Positions 21,401 to 32,144 of a DNA stretch of 64,000 bases are shown here, in pieces (within the stretch, counting starts at the first letter, position 1; each line of letters starts with the position of its first letter). The DNA lies in assembly GCA_023129075.1 (NCBI GenBank), contig JAGMCT010000013.1, forward strand, positions 42,538 to 106,537. The letters are read 5' to 3'. The stretch comes from Candidatus Micrarchaeota archaeon (GTDB taxonomy: Archaea > Micrarchaeota > Micrarchaeia > Anstonellales > Bilamarchaeaceae). A program made the position numbers and the translations under genes. The notes beneath the pieces are model-generated. The model saw only the letters and a program-made list of their open reading frames with translations. It did no database searches and was not told where the DNA came from.

Positions 21401-22410
21401 TATTAACCTATAAGATAAAGCATGAAAAAGATTTCGGCAGAGAACTCAGCTTGGCGAAGAAGGTAGCTAAACATGCCATCAGACAAAGAACTTTATCCAG
21501 TAAAGATGTAAAACATATCGGTCTAAAATCCATGATTGCCAATCAAATCCTTAGAAAGTATGCAAGGAATAAGACAGTCAAAAATATCAATTCTATAAAG
21601 TTGACAATCCCTTCTCAGGGAATCAGATTCACAGATAGGGAGATAACAATACCTTGTCTGAAACTTGTTCTCCCCATCAACTTCAACCATTCATTTGAAA
21701 AGATAAACCAGATTGAAGTTGGCGAAACATTTGCCTATGTTTCTTGTTCTTATAAAGAGCCTCGGCAATATACCTCAAAGCAGATAATTGGCGTAGATAG
21801 GAACACCACAGGGCATGTGTTGGTTGCTTCCAATATCAACACAGGAAAGGTGCTGAAACTTGGAAAGGAGTGCAACCACCTTCATAAAAAATACAAAAAC
21901 ATAAGGAAAAACCTTCAGAAGAAGGGCAAGTATTCTCTCGTCAAAAAAATCAAAAACAGGGAGAGTAGAATTGTCAGAAACATAAACCATCAGATAAGCA
22001 AATGCCTTGTTAAAGAAGCGCAGAACAACAAGGCGATTATAGTCCTTGAAGGATTGAAAGACATCCAAAAGACAGCAAAGGTAAGAAGGAGGCAACTGTA
22101 TTCCCTAAACTCTTGGAGTTTCTATCAATTGCAGAACATGATAGAATACAAAGCCAAAAAGTTTGGAGTGCCTATTGCCTATGTTGAACCACAATATACC
22201 TCTCAGAGGTGTAGTAGGTGTGGTCATATAGACGCAAATAACAGAAAAGGAAAACAGTTCCATTGTGCTAAATGCTCAATGGTTGAGAATGCCGATGTAA
22301 ACGCAGGATTCAATATTGCCAGTTTATATCATCAAGGCATATCTCGATTCAACACAGAAAGGGATGTGTTGGAGGGGAGCACTGATACCCCTAAAGGTGA
22401 GATGCTGTGA
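21397..22410 (+). CDS. tnpB: RNA-guided endonuclease TnpB (337 aa)
   Basis: RuvC I GVDRN, RuvC II VLEGL, WSFYQLQNMIEYKA, YTSQRCSRC..CAKC zinc finger and RuvC III NADVNAGFNI. Confidence 0.95.
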   Translation: MILTYKIKHEKDFGRELSLAKKVAKHAIRQRTLSSKDVKHIGLKSMIANQILRKYARNKTVKNINSIKLTIPSQGIRFTDREITIPCLKLVLPINFNHSFEKINQIEVGETFAYVSCSYKEPRQYTSKQIIGVDRNTTGHVLVASNINTGKVLKLGKECNHLHKKYKNIRKNLQKKGKYSLVKKIKNRESRIVRNINHQISKCLVKEAQNNKAIIVLEGLKDIQKTAKVRRRQLYSLNSWSFYQLQNMIEYKAKKFGVPIAYVEPQYTSQRCSRCGHIDANNRKGKQFHCAKCSMVENADVNAGFNIASLYHQGISRFNTERDVLEGSTDTPKGEML

Positions 22411-22489
22411 ATCCGGTAACACCAAAACAAAAAAGAACCCAACAACATTTAGTCGTTGGAGTATGTCAGAGTGTGCGCACTGCTTTCAC
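22300..22489 (+). ncRNA. Predicted omega/reRNA of TnpB (5' boundary approximate)
   Basis: Established IS605 architecture places the scaffold over the tnpB 3' end and right-end hairpin. The guide would be the flank after TCAG: AGTGTGCGCACTGCTTTCAC. Confidence 0.55.
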
Positions 22490-22894
22490 ATAAAGGTCTG
22501 CATTGAATTTTTTCTTAAGAAATGCCTTTGCTGCCTTTATGCGCTTTCCTCCTTTTCCGAGCGCTATTCCCCTTTGTGATTCAGGAACAGAAAGAAAAAC
22601 AGCCTTATCGCCCATTGCTTCTCTTATTTCTATACTTATTATCTGTATATTGTTAAAAAGATTTCTTGTGAACTGTTCAAGGTCAGGGCTGTCTGCTATA
22701 ATAAGGATATCCTTGTTGAGTTTTGAGGAAAGGGATTTTATGTTACGGCCCCCCCTGCCGATTGCCTTGCCCAGCTGGGTTATGGGCACAAGGAAAAGGT
22801 ATCCTGTAGGGGTTTTAAGAAAATCAGTCGGGAGAACATTTGTAACATCACCAAAAAAATGGAATAATTTTAGGTCTTCGCTTGTCAGCTCCAC
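22466..22894 (-). CDS. nusA: Archaeal NusA (KH domain)
   Basis: LGKAIGRGGRNIK and GIALGKGGKRIK; position after L30e. Confidence 0.92.
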   Translation of the reverse strand: MELTSEDLKLFHFFGDVTNVLPTDFLKTPTGYLFLVPITQLGKAIGRGGRNIKSLSSKLNKDILIIADSPDLEQFTRNLFNNIQIISIEIREAMGDKAVFLSVPESQRGIALGKGGKRIKAAKAFLKKKFNADLYVKAVRTL

Positions 22895-22898
22895 ACTA

Positions 22899-23267
22899 TC
22901 ACTTGCCTTTTTTGGAGAACGAAAGAATCTCTGAAACTCCTTCTTTATATACTGTCAGGATGGATACTGGGTATGGTTTACCGCATACAGAACCCAGCTC
23001 CTTTGAAGAACCTTCAAAAATAATTACAGGAATAGCTGAGACCTTGGAATAATAGGTTATATCCTGCATAGAATCCTTTGGAATGTTTGATGCAACAACA
23101 AACATCCTTGCTTTTCCAAGCAACGATTTCTTTATGCCTTTCCTTGTTCCAAAATCAACTTCCCCGCTTTCCACAACAAGCCTTACTGCCTTCTGGAGAG
23201 GATTCTCTTTTTCTTTCCTGCTTTTTCTTTTACGAATAACTTTTTTCCTTTCAACCATTGTACCCAC
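22899..23267 (-). CDS. rpl30e: 50S ribosomal protein L30e
   Basis: GSSKELGSVCGKPYPVS; operon position. Confidence 0.93.
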   Translation of the reverse strand: MGTMVERKKVIRKRKSRKEKENPLQKAVRLVVESGEVDFGTRKGIKKSLLGKARMFVVASNIPKDSMQDITYYSKVSAIPVIIFEGSSKELGSVCGKPYPVSILTVYKEGVSEILSFSKKGK

Positions 23268-24281
<1,014 letters not shown>

Positions 24282-24283
24282 CT

Positions 24284-26734
24284 CTATACAGTATCTACGG
24301 CATCTTCTTTTGCAGATTCCATATACTCTGTGGTTGTTTCATACATTGGGTCCTTGCCGTCTCCTCCATACATAAACTGCACTATGGCATCCTTCCCATT
24401 CTTTACAGTCCTATCCTCCTGAACAGTAAGGTCCTGCAGGGCATGTATCAGCCTTCTCTGCATGTAACCTGAACGTGCTGTTCTTATAGCAGTGTTAACC
24501 AGGGATTCTCTGCCTCCCATTGCATGGTGGAAAAATTCATCAGGTGTAAGGCCCTTTCTGAATGAATTGTAAACAAAACCGCGCTCCTTTCCTTTGAGCG
24601 AGCCTTTTTTATAAAATGGCAGCGACCTCTGTATGTATCCTCTTTTAAGACGTTTGTTCCTTACGGCCTGCTGTCCAACTAGAGCAGACATCTGTATTGC
24701 ATTGAGCAGGCTTCCCCTTGCTCCAATCTTGGCCATGATTATTGATGAATTTGTCTGGCCAAGGTCATCCTCAACTATCTTCCCTGCCTCATTCCTTGTC
24801 CTTGTTGTAACCGCCATTATATTGAATTCAAGAGTTTCCTTCAGAGTAAGCCCTGGAGAACGCTCAAGTGTCTTATTTTTATATTGCAGGATGAGGTTTT
24901 CCATCTCCCTGTTTGCCTTATTCTCTATTCCTTCCACCGTTTTCAGGGCTGCAGGAGATAGTGAATAATTCTTAAGGGAAACACTCAGACCTGTCCAGCG
25001 AAGAGCCTCCAATGAAATTTTCGTGATTGCATCAAGGAAATCCCTTGTTGCCTTGGGACCTTTTATAAGAAAGAATCTTTCAAGGAGACCTCCTTCAAGG
25101 ACCCTGTTATCCAGCGCCCCTTTTATCATTTTTCCTTTCTTTATCTCAACTATATCCCCTAATTTTGTTTTTTCCTTAAGACTTAATTCTGAAGGAAGGA
25201 GCAGGGAGAAAAGAAGTTTTCCTGAGTATTTGTCTCCTTTATCGGGCTTTGGAAGCTTCTTTATGTTTGCAATAATAAGAAGTTTTGATGCCTCCTTTCT
25301 AGTAAATACTGCATCATCCCTTGTAAGGAAATAAGCAGCAGAAACATGGTCTTCTGTGGGCTTTATAATTGCATGACCGTGCCTTGGTGAAATTATCTGG
25401 TTCTCAACCTTCATAAGCTCCCTTACCTCTGCCTGGGCATCTGGAGTCTGTATTATGTGTAGATTCATCTCATCCCCATCAAAATCAGCATTGTATGGTG
25501 TTGTTGTAATCGGATTAAGCCTGAATGTCTTTCCAGGGAGAACCCTTATCTCATGCCCCATCATGGAAACCCTATGCAAGGACGGCTGGCGGTTGAATAT
25601 CGCTATATCACCATCCACAATCTGTCTTTCAATTATCCAGCCTATCTTCAATTCTTTTAGAACCTCCTCTTTTGTAATATCAGTTACCCTTATTCTTCTT
25701 CCGTCATTTCTTATTACATACAGTGCCTGGGGATAACTTTCCGAGGATATATGTCTCTTGCATTCATCTATATTCCAGTCAGTTACGGTAACAGGAATCG
25801 TCAATTCTTCGGCCATCTTCAAGGGGACCCCAACCTCATCAAGCCTTATCATCGGGTCAGGAGAGATAACAGTCCTGGCAGAAAAGTTAACCCTTTTTCC
25901 AAGAAGATTGTACCTGAACCTCCCTTCCTTTCCTTTTAATCTCTGGGCAAGGGTTTTGAGCGGTCTTCCGCTTCTGTGCCTTGCAGGGGGTATATTTGCA
26001 GTTTCATTATCAAAATAAGTGGTGATGTGGTACTGAAGAAGCTCCCACAAATCTTCTATAATTAACTGAGGGGCTCCTGCATTTATATTTGCTTCAAGCT
26101 TCTGGTTTATTCTTATTATATCCACCAATTTATGGGTAAGGTCATCCTCGCTTCTTTCCCCGGATTCAAGGGTTATGGAAGGTCTTACTGATACTGGAGG
26201 AACAAGAAGAACAGAAATAATCATCCATTCAGGCCTTGCGTATCTTGGGTCAAGACCCATTTTCATAAGGGTGGAATCAGGAATAGAAACAAGCCAGTCC
26301 CTTACCTCCGTTGGAAGCATCGCTGCTCCATCCTTGAAAATGGTTGTTGGTTTAAGAAATTTTATTTCTGGGATTTTTGCTTTGCAGTTCGGGCATTTTT
26401 TTGCGGTTTTTGAAATAATAGTATGGCATTCCGGGCATGTTGTAGAAAGAATAGTATAAATGGTCTTTCCAAACTCTACATGAATTATTGGCCTTACGAG
26501 TTCAATCATTCCGAAGTGGCCAGGACAGGTCTTTATTTTTCCTCCGCAGGTTTTACAGCGCAGACCTGGGTCTATAACACCAAGCCTCTGGTCCACAAGA
26601 CCTCCATCTATAGGGTAGCCATCATCATCATAGGTATCCGGAATCGTTATCTTAGCAACCGCAATATCCCTAACTATTTCCGGAGAAAGTAAGGAAAACC
26701 GTATCTTATCTATAATTTTTGTGACTTCTTTCAT
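24284..26734 (-). CDS. rpoA1: RNA polymerase subunit A'
   Basis: [10 protein letters not shown] catalytic motif, CPGHFG and [11 protein letters not shown]. Confidence 0.98.
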   Translation of the reverse strand: MKEVTKIIDKIRFSLLSPEIVRDIAVAKITIPDTYDDDGYPIDGGLVDQRLGVIDPGLRCKTCGGKIKTCPGHFGMIELVRPIIHVEFGKTIYTILSTTCPECHTIISKTAKKCPNCKAKIPEIKFLKPTTIFKDGAAMLPTEVRDWLVSIPDSTLMKMGLDPRYARPEWMIISVLLVPPVSVRPSITLESGERSEDDLTHKLVDIIRINQKLEANINAGAPQLIIEDLWELLQYHITTYFDNETANIPPARHRSGRPLKTLAQRLKGKEGRFRYNLLGKRVNFSARTVISPDPMIRLDEVGVPLKMAEELTIPVTVTDWNIDECKRHISSESYPQALYVIRNDGRRIRVTDITKEEVLKELKIGWIIERQIVDGDIAIFNRQPSLHRVSMMGHEIRVLPGKTFRLNPITTTPYNADFDGDEMNLHIIQTPDAQAEVRELMKVENQIISPRHGHAIIKPTEDHVSAAYFLTRDDAVFTRKEASKLLIIANIKKLPKPDKGDKYSGKLLFSLLLPSELSLKEKTKLGDIVEIKKGKMIKGALDNRVLEGGLLERFFLIKGPKATRDFLDAITKISLEALRWTGLSVSLKNYSLSPAALKTVEGIENKANREMENLILQYKNKTLERSPGLTLKETLEFNIMAVTTRTRNEAGKIVEDDLGQTNSSIIMAKIGARGSLLNAIQMSALVGQQAVRNKRLKRGYIQRSLPFYKKGSLKGKERGFVYNSFRKGLTPDEFFHHAMGGRESLVNTAIRTARSGYMQRRLIHALQDLTVQEDRTVKNGKDAIVQFMYGGDGKDPMYETTTEYMESAKEDAVDTV

Positions 26735-26742
26735 AAAAACAC

Positions 26743-28587
26743 CTATGCTTTATCTTTTAGTACGAGTCTCGGGAATATGTAAAGGGACATTATCTCGTCA
26801 ACGAGCAGTTTGAATGCATAGCTTATCTCTACTGGAGAATTCATATCGCTTCCGCAGGCGGGACAGAGTGTTTTTCCCTTTATGTGGTTATGAAATCCGA
26901 GCATTCCGCAGTTCTCGCAAACAAGCTGGACTGTCTTGTCGCTCTCTTCCAGAAGTCTTTCCCTGACAACCATACTGGCGCCGTAACCTATAAGGCAGTC
27001 CCTTTCCATCTCACCAAATCTAAGACCGCCTTCTCTTGCCCTTCCTTCTGTTGGCTGGAGGGTAAGAAGCTGAACCGGTCCTCTACTTCTCACATGCATC
27101 TTGTTGGAAACCAGATGGTGCAGTTTTTGGTAGTAAATCGGAGAGATGAATATCTTTGCCCTTATTCTTTTTCCTGTTATGCCATCGTACAAGACCTCCT
27201 CGCCATACTCATCAAAACCATTTTCCTTTAGTATCTTCATGTAATCTGTTTCATTGTTTCCTGTAAATGCAGTGCCGTCCATTATCATTCCTCCAATGGT
27301 AGCGGCCTTCCCACCCAGCGCATCAAGAAGATGCCCTGCAGTCATCCTGCTTGGGATGGCGTGGGGATTCATTATTAAATCTGGAACTATTCCATCTTTT
27401 GTAAAAGGCATGTTTTCCTGTGAAAGAAGAGAACCTATAACACCTTTCTGGCCGTGTCTTGAGGCCATCTTGTCGCCTACTTCAGGAATCTTCATGGACC
27501 TAACCTTGACCTTTACAAGTCTGTTGCCATTTGGTGATTCAGTAACCATAACAGAATCTATCTTTCCTTTTTCTCCTGATTTTAGAGAAAGAGAGCTCTC
27601 CCTTTTCTTCTCTTCAACAACCCCAAAAACAGAAACCTCTTCTATAAATCTTGGGGGGGATGTTTTTCCTACGAGCACTAATCTTGATTCTACATCGGAT
27701 TCCGGGAATATTACGCCGTCTGCATCAAGATTTACATATGGTTCATCACCCCTATATCCCACAACATCAGGGGTTGGCAGTTCAATCTTATCTTTCTGGC
27801 CTCCTGGATACAGCCTTTCTTCAGTTTGATAGGTTTTAAACATTACAACACGGCCCATCCCCCTATCAACAGCTGACCTGTTTATAACTAAACCATCTCC
27901 CATGTTGTATCCTTCATGAGTTGCAATAGCAACGATAAGGTTCTGGCCGGCAGCCCTGTTTTTCAGGTCAAGGGCCTTGTAAAAATCTGTGCTGACAAGC
28001 GGCTGCTGGGGATAAAACATAACATACCCTCTAGTATCGAACCTCTTTGCAAAATTAGTTGAATATACTCCAAGGGACTGCTTGGCCATTGAACAGGCCA
28101 TCGTAATTCTTGGAGCGGAATTGTGCTCAGGATAAGGGAGTGCAGAGGTCGTTACACCGAATATAATGGAGGGATCCAGCTCAAGATGGGTATGCTCGTC
28201 TGTTATATCTTCAGGGTTCATAGCCACATATGCATTCTCTTCTTCATCTGCATCAAGGTATTCTATAACCCCCATCTTAACAAGATGCTCCCATGTAAGT
28301 TCTCCTTTTTTAAGCTTGGAGTGTATTTCCTGTCCTAAACGGGACCTTCCTTCTTCAACAACTATATACGGCTTCCTTACCCTGCCTCTATCTGTATTTA
28401 TATATATTTCGTGTGTTCTTTTACTCATATATATGTTTGTTTCATAATTCAACTGATTTGTTCTTCTTTTTTCCTTGAGTTTAGCAACAAGGGCCTCGCC
28501 ATTCTTATGAAAACCAACAAGATTTCCATTTACATAAACAGCATATTTTTCCTTTTTTGATTTTGAAGGTTTTGGTTTTTTAGTCAT
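26743..28587 (-). CDS. rpoB1: RNA polymerase subunit B'
   Basis: GDKMASRHGQKG, NPHAIPSRMT, GGLRFGEMERD and a zinc ribbon. Confidence 0.97.
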   Translation of the reverse strand: MTKKPKPSKSKKEKYAVYVNGNLVGFHKNGEALVAKLKEKRRTNQLNYETNIYMSKRTHEIYINTDRGRVRKPYIVVEEGRSRLGQEIHSKLKKGELTWEHLVKMGVIEYLDADEEENAYVAMNPEDITDEHTHLELDPSIIFGVTTSALPYPEHNSAPRITMACSMAKQSLGVYSTNFAKRFDTRGYVMFYPQQPLVSTDFYKALDLKNRAAGQNLIVAIATHEGYNMGDGLVINRSAVDRGMGRVVMFKTYQTEERLYPGGQKDKIELPTPDVVGYRGDEPYVNLDADGVIFPESDVESRLVLVGKTSPPRFIEEVSVFGVVEEKKRESSLSLKSGEKGKIDSVMVTESPNGNRLVKVKVRSMKIPEVGDKMASRHGQKGVIGSLLSQENMPFTKDGIVPDLIMNPHAIPSRMTAGHLLDALGGKAATIGGMIMDGTAFTGNNETDYMKILKENGFDEYGEEVLYDGITGKRIRAKIFISPIYYQKLHHLVSNKMHVRSRGPVQLLTLQPTEGRAREGGLRFGEMERDCLIGYGASMVVRERLLEESDKTVQLVCENCGMLGFHNHIKGKTLCPACGSDMNSPVEISYAFKLLVDEIMSLYIFPRLVLKDKA

Positions 28588-28590
28588 TCT

Positions 28591-30057
28591 CTAATACCCC
28601 CATTCAGTCTCGAGTTTTGCATTCTTGAGTTCTTCAAGAATTTCACTCTCATCCTTTCCCTCAGTGACATTTGCAAGGATTGCAATATTCTTTACAAGGG
28701 AACAACTGGGCCCCTCAGGAGTCTCACTTGGGCAGAGCTTGCCCCAATGTGTTCCATGCAAATCCCTTGCTTTGAAGTGTGGATGTTTCTTTGAAAGCGG
28801 TGAGATAATTCTTCTTGAATGGGAAAGCATTGCAAGAAAGCTTGTTCTGTCAAGCAGTTGGGAAATCCCTGTCTGGCCTGCAATCCAGTTCCCTGTTGCC
28901 ATTGCATATTTTATCCTGTCAACAAGTGTGTCCTGCCTTACCAGAGTATGCACCTGAAGTTTTCTTCCTCTTGCTTCAGCCCTGCTTGCCTGATAAATAA
29001 TATCCTTTACAAGAAATTGGAACGCATACCTGAAGAGCTCTTCCATAAGAACCCCTGCAAGCTTCACACGCTTATTTGCATAATGGTCCTTGTCATCCGG
29101 AGGTATTTTTTTCCTTGAAACATTAATTGCCTTTTCCGCCATCTTTATAAGAAAAAATGCTTTCTTAGGCTTATCAGAGGCCTCAACACCAAGATGCGGA
29201 AGCAGATAAGAGGTTACAAGGTTTTCCAGTCTTGAAAGCCTGAATTCCTCCGGCTGGCCCGGGGAAAGTCTTTTGCTGAGGGTGCTTATTGCTTCCTCCT
29301 TTGTTTTTGTTTCCTGCTGTTCAAGGTTGAGCAGAATATCGTTCTGGATTATCTTTGAATCAGAAAAAGCATCTAAGATGTCCTTGTCTTTTTCAAGTCC
29401 AAGCACTCTTAAAATCTGGATTAAAGAAAGGTCTGCAGGAGTAGCCGGAAACTCCAGCTTAAGGGTTCCATCTTTTTTTCTTGTGACTGCACACCTGGCC
29501 CTGAAGCCCTCCCTTGTAGAAAATATCTTTGAAACTGTTCCTGTGAGTTCAATTGTGGTCATTACCTTATTCTGGACAAGGTCTTCTATTCCAACGAGAA
29601 TCCTTTCGCTTCCGTTTATTATAAAATAACCTCCAGGGTCTCCTGGGTCCTCCTCTTTCTCTATTAATTCTTCATCAGATAAACCATAGAGATAACAGAG
29701 TTGGGATTTTACCATAACAGGAACCTCTCCAATGTAAACATCTGAATAAACAGGTCTTTCTATTCCATTGAATGTCGGAACAATTGTAAGAAACAGTGGG
29801 GCTGAGTAGGTTATGTTTCTCATTCTTGCCTCGCATGGACAAACGGATTTGTAGCCTCCTTTAACTTCATAAAACCTCGGCCTTTCAATCCTCACCTTTC
29901 CAAGCTTCAATTCAAAGCCAACCACATTTGTTTTTATTACCTTGACTTTGTCTATAATGGATTGGACTCCAGTATCTATGAATTTATTATAGGAATCCAA
30001 CTGCTGTTTGACTAAACTATTTGTCTTGAAGTAGGCACCAACCATTCCCTTTACCAT
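28591..30057 (-). CDS. rpoB2: RNA polymerase subunit B''
   Basis: GGYFIINGSE, DDKDHYANKR and RDLHGTHWGKLCPSETPEG. Confidence 0.97.
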   Translation of the reverse strand: MVKGMVGAYFKTNSLVKQQLDSYNKFIDTGVQSIIDKVKVIKTNVVGFELKLGKVRIERPRFYEVKGGYKSVCPCEARMRNITYSAPLFLTIVPTFNGIERPVYSDVYIGEVPVMVKSQLCYLYGLSDEELIEKEEDPGDPGGYFIINGSERILVGIEDLVQNKVMTTIELTGTVSKIFSTREGFRARCAVTRKKDGTLKLEFPATPADLSLIQILRVLGLEKDKDILDAFSDSKIIQNDILLNLEQQETKTKEEAISTLSKRLSPGQPEEFRLSRLENLVTSYLLPHLGVEASDKPKKAFFLIKMAEKAINVSRKKIPPDDKDHYANKRVKLAGVLMEELFRYAFQFLVKDIIYQASRAEARGRKLQVHTLVRQDTLVDRIKYAMATGNWIAGQTGISQLLDRTSFLAMLSHSRRIISPLSKKHPHFKARDLHGTHWGKLCPSETPEGPSCSLVKNIAILANVTEGKDESEILEELKNAKLETEWGY

Positions 30058-30081
30058 TCATTCACCTTTTATCTTATTTTT

Positions 30082-30345
30082 CTATTTTAATTCGCCTTCT
30101 ATTATAACGCGATAATAAGTATAATTTCCTGTGTAATCCTTTCTTTTTATCTGAATTAAATCTCCAATTTTTGCCTTGATGGCAACTGCCACAGGATCTA
30201 TAGAAAACATTTTCGGAATTAAATCCGGAGAGGTATTATATTCCTCATAAAATGATTCAGCTTCCTTTTTATTCAGGATTTTTAATTCAGGCATAAGTTT
30301 ATGAGAAAGGATATCAATCTCACTATCAGATTTCTTTTTTCTCAA
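30082..30345 (-). CDS. rpoH: RNA polymerase subunit H (Rpo5)
   Basis: HKLMPE, IPKM...DPV, IKR...G...YYRV. Confidence 0.93.
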   Translation of the reverse strand: MRKKKSDSEIDILSHKLMPELKILNKKEAESFYEEYNTSPDLIPKMFSIDPVAVAIKAKIGDLIQIKRKDYTGNYTYYRVIIEGELK

Positions 30346-30414
30346 GATTCCACCACCGCCGAGAGAAATGCAGTCTTAGAAGTATTAAAAGAAAAGATTT
30401 ATAAATATATTCCT

Positions 30415-31296
30415 TTAAAGCGCCTGCTCTGAATAGAATGCCTGAAAACCTTTTTGTTTTATTGCCTGGATAATGGTGTTCGCACTTTCTTTATCCTTTG
30501 CAAGAGCAACTATACAGCCGCCGCCTCCAGCACCAGTGAGTTTTGCACCTAGAGCCCCTTTATCCTTTGCTATTTCAATAAGAAGTTCAAGCTCAAGGGT
30601 TGAGACTCCTATGTTATAAAGCAGTTCCTGATTTTTATCCATAAGTTTTCCTATGGTTTTCAAATTATGCTGTTCAAAGGCTATTCTTGCTGATTCTATT
30701 ATTTCTTCCATTTCCTTTGTCCATTCTTGGAATTTTTCCGGATTTTTTTCTTTCAGGTTTTTTACATTTGCAACCATCTGCTTTGTGCTTCCCTTTTCTC
30801 CGGTGCATGCGATTACAAGAGGCAGTGGTTCTATTTCAAGAGAGGTAAATGGTTTTCCTTTTGTAAATTCCAGGACACCCCCAAAGGTTGAGAGGGTATT
30901 ATCTATTCCTGAGGGATTGCCATGAAAGAATTTTTCACCCTCATGTGCAAGCTCGTTTATTCTTTTATCTGTGAGTTTTAGGAAATGATGATAAGAAAGA
31001 GCTCTTGTAAATGAAACGCAGATTGCAGCGCCGGAACCAAGACCTGCGCTGACAGGGATGTTGGAATTGAAAACTGCCTTGTAAGGGCCTATGAGATTGA
31101 GTTTTACAAGAATAGACTGAAGAGCAGGGATTACAACCTCGGATTGGTTAACTCCCTGGATTTCCCAGATGTCTGAGGGGTGGAGGGTGCAGGTTGTGTA
31201 AAGGTCTTTTAGAGCCATTCCTATGGCAGGTATTCCATAAACTACAAAGTGCTCTCCGAACAGTATGAGTTTTGCATAACCTTTGTGTTCTTTCAT
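30415..31296 (-). CDS. mvk: Mevalonate kinase
   Basis: KLILFGEHFVVYG, PVSAGLGSGAA, HGNPSGID and KLTGAGGGG. Confidence 0.9.
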   Translation of the reverse strand: MKEHKGYAKLILFGEHFVVYGIPAIGMALKDLYTTCTLHPSDIWEIQGVNQSEVVIPALQSILVKLNLIGPYKAVFNSNIPVSAGLGSGAAICVSFTRALSYHHFLKLTDKRINELAHEGEKFFHGNPSGIDNTLSTFGGVLEFTKGKPFTSLEIEPLPLVIACTGEKGSTKQMVANVKNLKEKNPEKFQEWTKEMEEIIESARIAFEQHNLKTIGKLMDKNQELLYNIGVSTLELELLIEIAKDKGALGAKLTGAGGGGCIVALAKDKESANTIIQAIKQKGFQAFYSEQAL

Positions 31297-31385
31297 CCAA
31301 ACATCCTATTTATATAGGTAATATAGGAGGAAAGATTTATGATGTTAACGGAAGCTTTTTAAGCAAATACAGATAATAAAGGGGC

Positions 31386-31748
31386 ATGGAAGATAAAATA
31401 ATAAAAAGTATCGTAAACAATTTAAAGGCAAAAAAAAACGTTGTCGGGATTGTTCTTTTCGGTTCACAAGCAAGAGGCGCATCCAAACCTATTTCAGATA
31501 CGGATATCGCAGTAATTCTAAATAAGTATTCAAAAGAAGATGTATACGAAATAGAGGCGCATTCATCAAAGAATGTGGACGTGGTGGTTTTCAATGAGTT
31601 GCCGCCTATCTTTAAAATGGAAATTGTAAAAGAACATAAGATATTGTACTGCAAAGATGAGGGTAAACTCAGGCACATATTTATGAAAGCTGCTTTTGAA
31701 TATATTGAACATAAACCATTATATGAGATGCTGAAGGTGAATAAATGA
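31386..31748 (+). CDS. Minimal nucleotidyltransferase (MntA antitoxin)
   Basis: LFGSQARG...SDTDIAV and VDVV. Confidence 0.88.
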   Translation: MEDKIIKSIVNNLKAKKNVVGIVLFGSQARGASKPISDTDIAVILNKYSKEDVYEIEAHSSKNVDVVVFNELPPIFKMEIVKEHKILYCKDEGKLRHIFMKAAFEYIEHKPLYEMLKVNK

Positions 31749-32143
31749 AGGATGTAAATTTGTTAATAAGAAAAATTAAAGAGCATGTCAATGATGCTAA
31801 AACTGCTTATGCCGGCTTCAGAGAAAAAAGTGATAAAATCATGTTCAATAACCTTGCGATGGAATGTTTTCAGGCATGCAATTATATCATTTCTCTTGCT
31901 GGATTTTTGATAGAAAAAAAATCCTGGGGTTATCCTACAAGTTATTCAGAGATGTTTAGAACTCTCAATGAGAGAAATATTATATCGGAAAATGAACTAA
32001 AGGGTTTTCTGAAGATAATATCGCTGAGAAACAGGATTGCACATGAATACTACGAGATTGACAAGGAGAGATTACTGGGGATTTATTCAACCCTTGTAGC
32101 ACTTGAAAAAACTATTGAAAAAATTGGTATTGAAGCAAAATAA
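31745..32143 (+). CDS. HEPN/DUF86 ribonuclease toxin (HepT)
   Basis: RNRIAHEY motif and PTSYSEMF; overlaps the MNT gene stop. Confidence 0.88.
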   Translation: MKDVNLLIRKIKEHVNDAKTAYAGFREKSDKIMFNNLAMECFQACNYIISLAGFLIEKKSWGYPTSYSEMFRTLNERNIISENELKGFLKIISLRNRIAHEYYEIDKERLLGIYSTLVALEKTIEKIGIEAK

Positions 32144-32144
32144 T

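Larger units (their letters stand above)
21183..22469 (+). mobile_element. IS200/IS605-family element (truncated tnpA plus tnpB)
   Basis: Preceded by TTTAT. Left subterminal hairpin CCGT-TGGAATG-ACGG; right end GAAC-CCAACAAC-ATTTA-GTCGTTGG-AGTATG-TCAG. The left boundary is inferred from empty-site reconstruction. Confidence 0.82.

Noticed and set aside
21397-22410. Cas12f/Cas14 call for the RuvC protein
   Set aside because: No array nearby; a tnpA remnant and IS605 ends identify it as TnpB.
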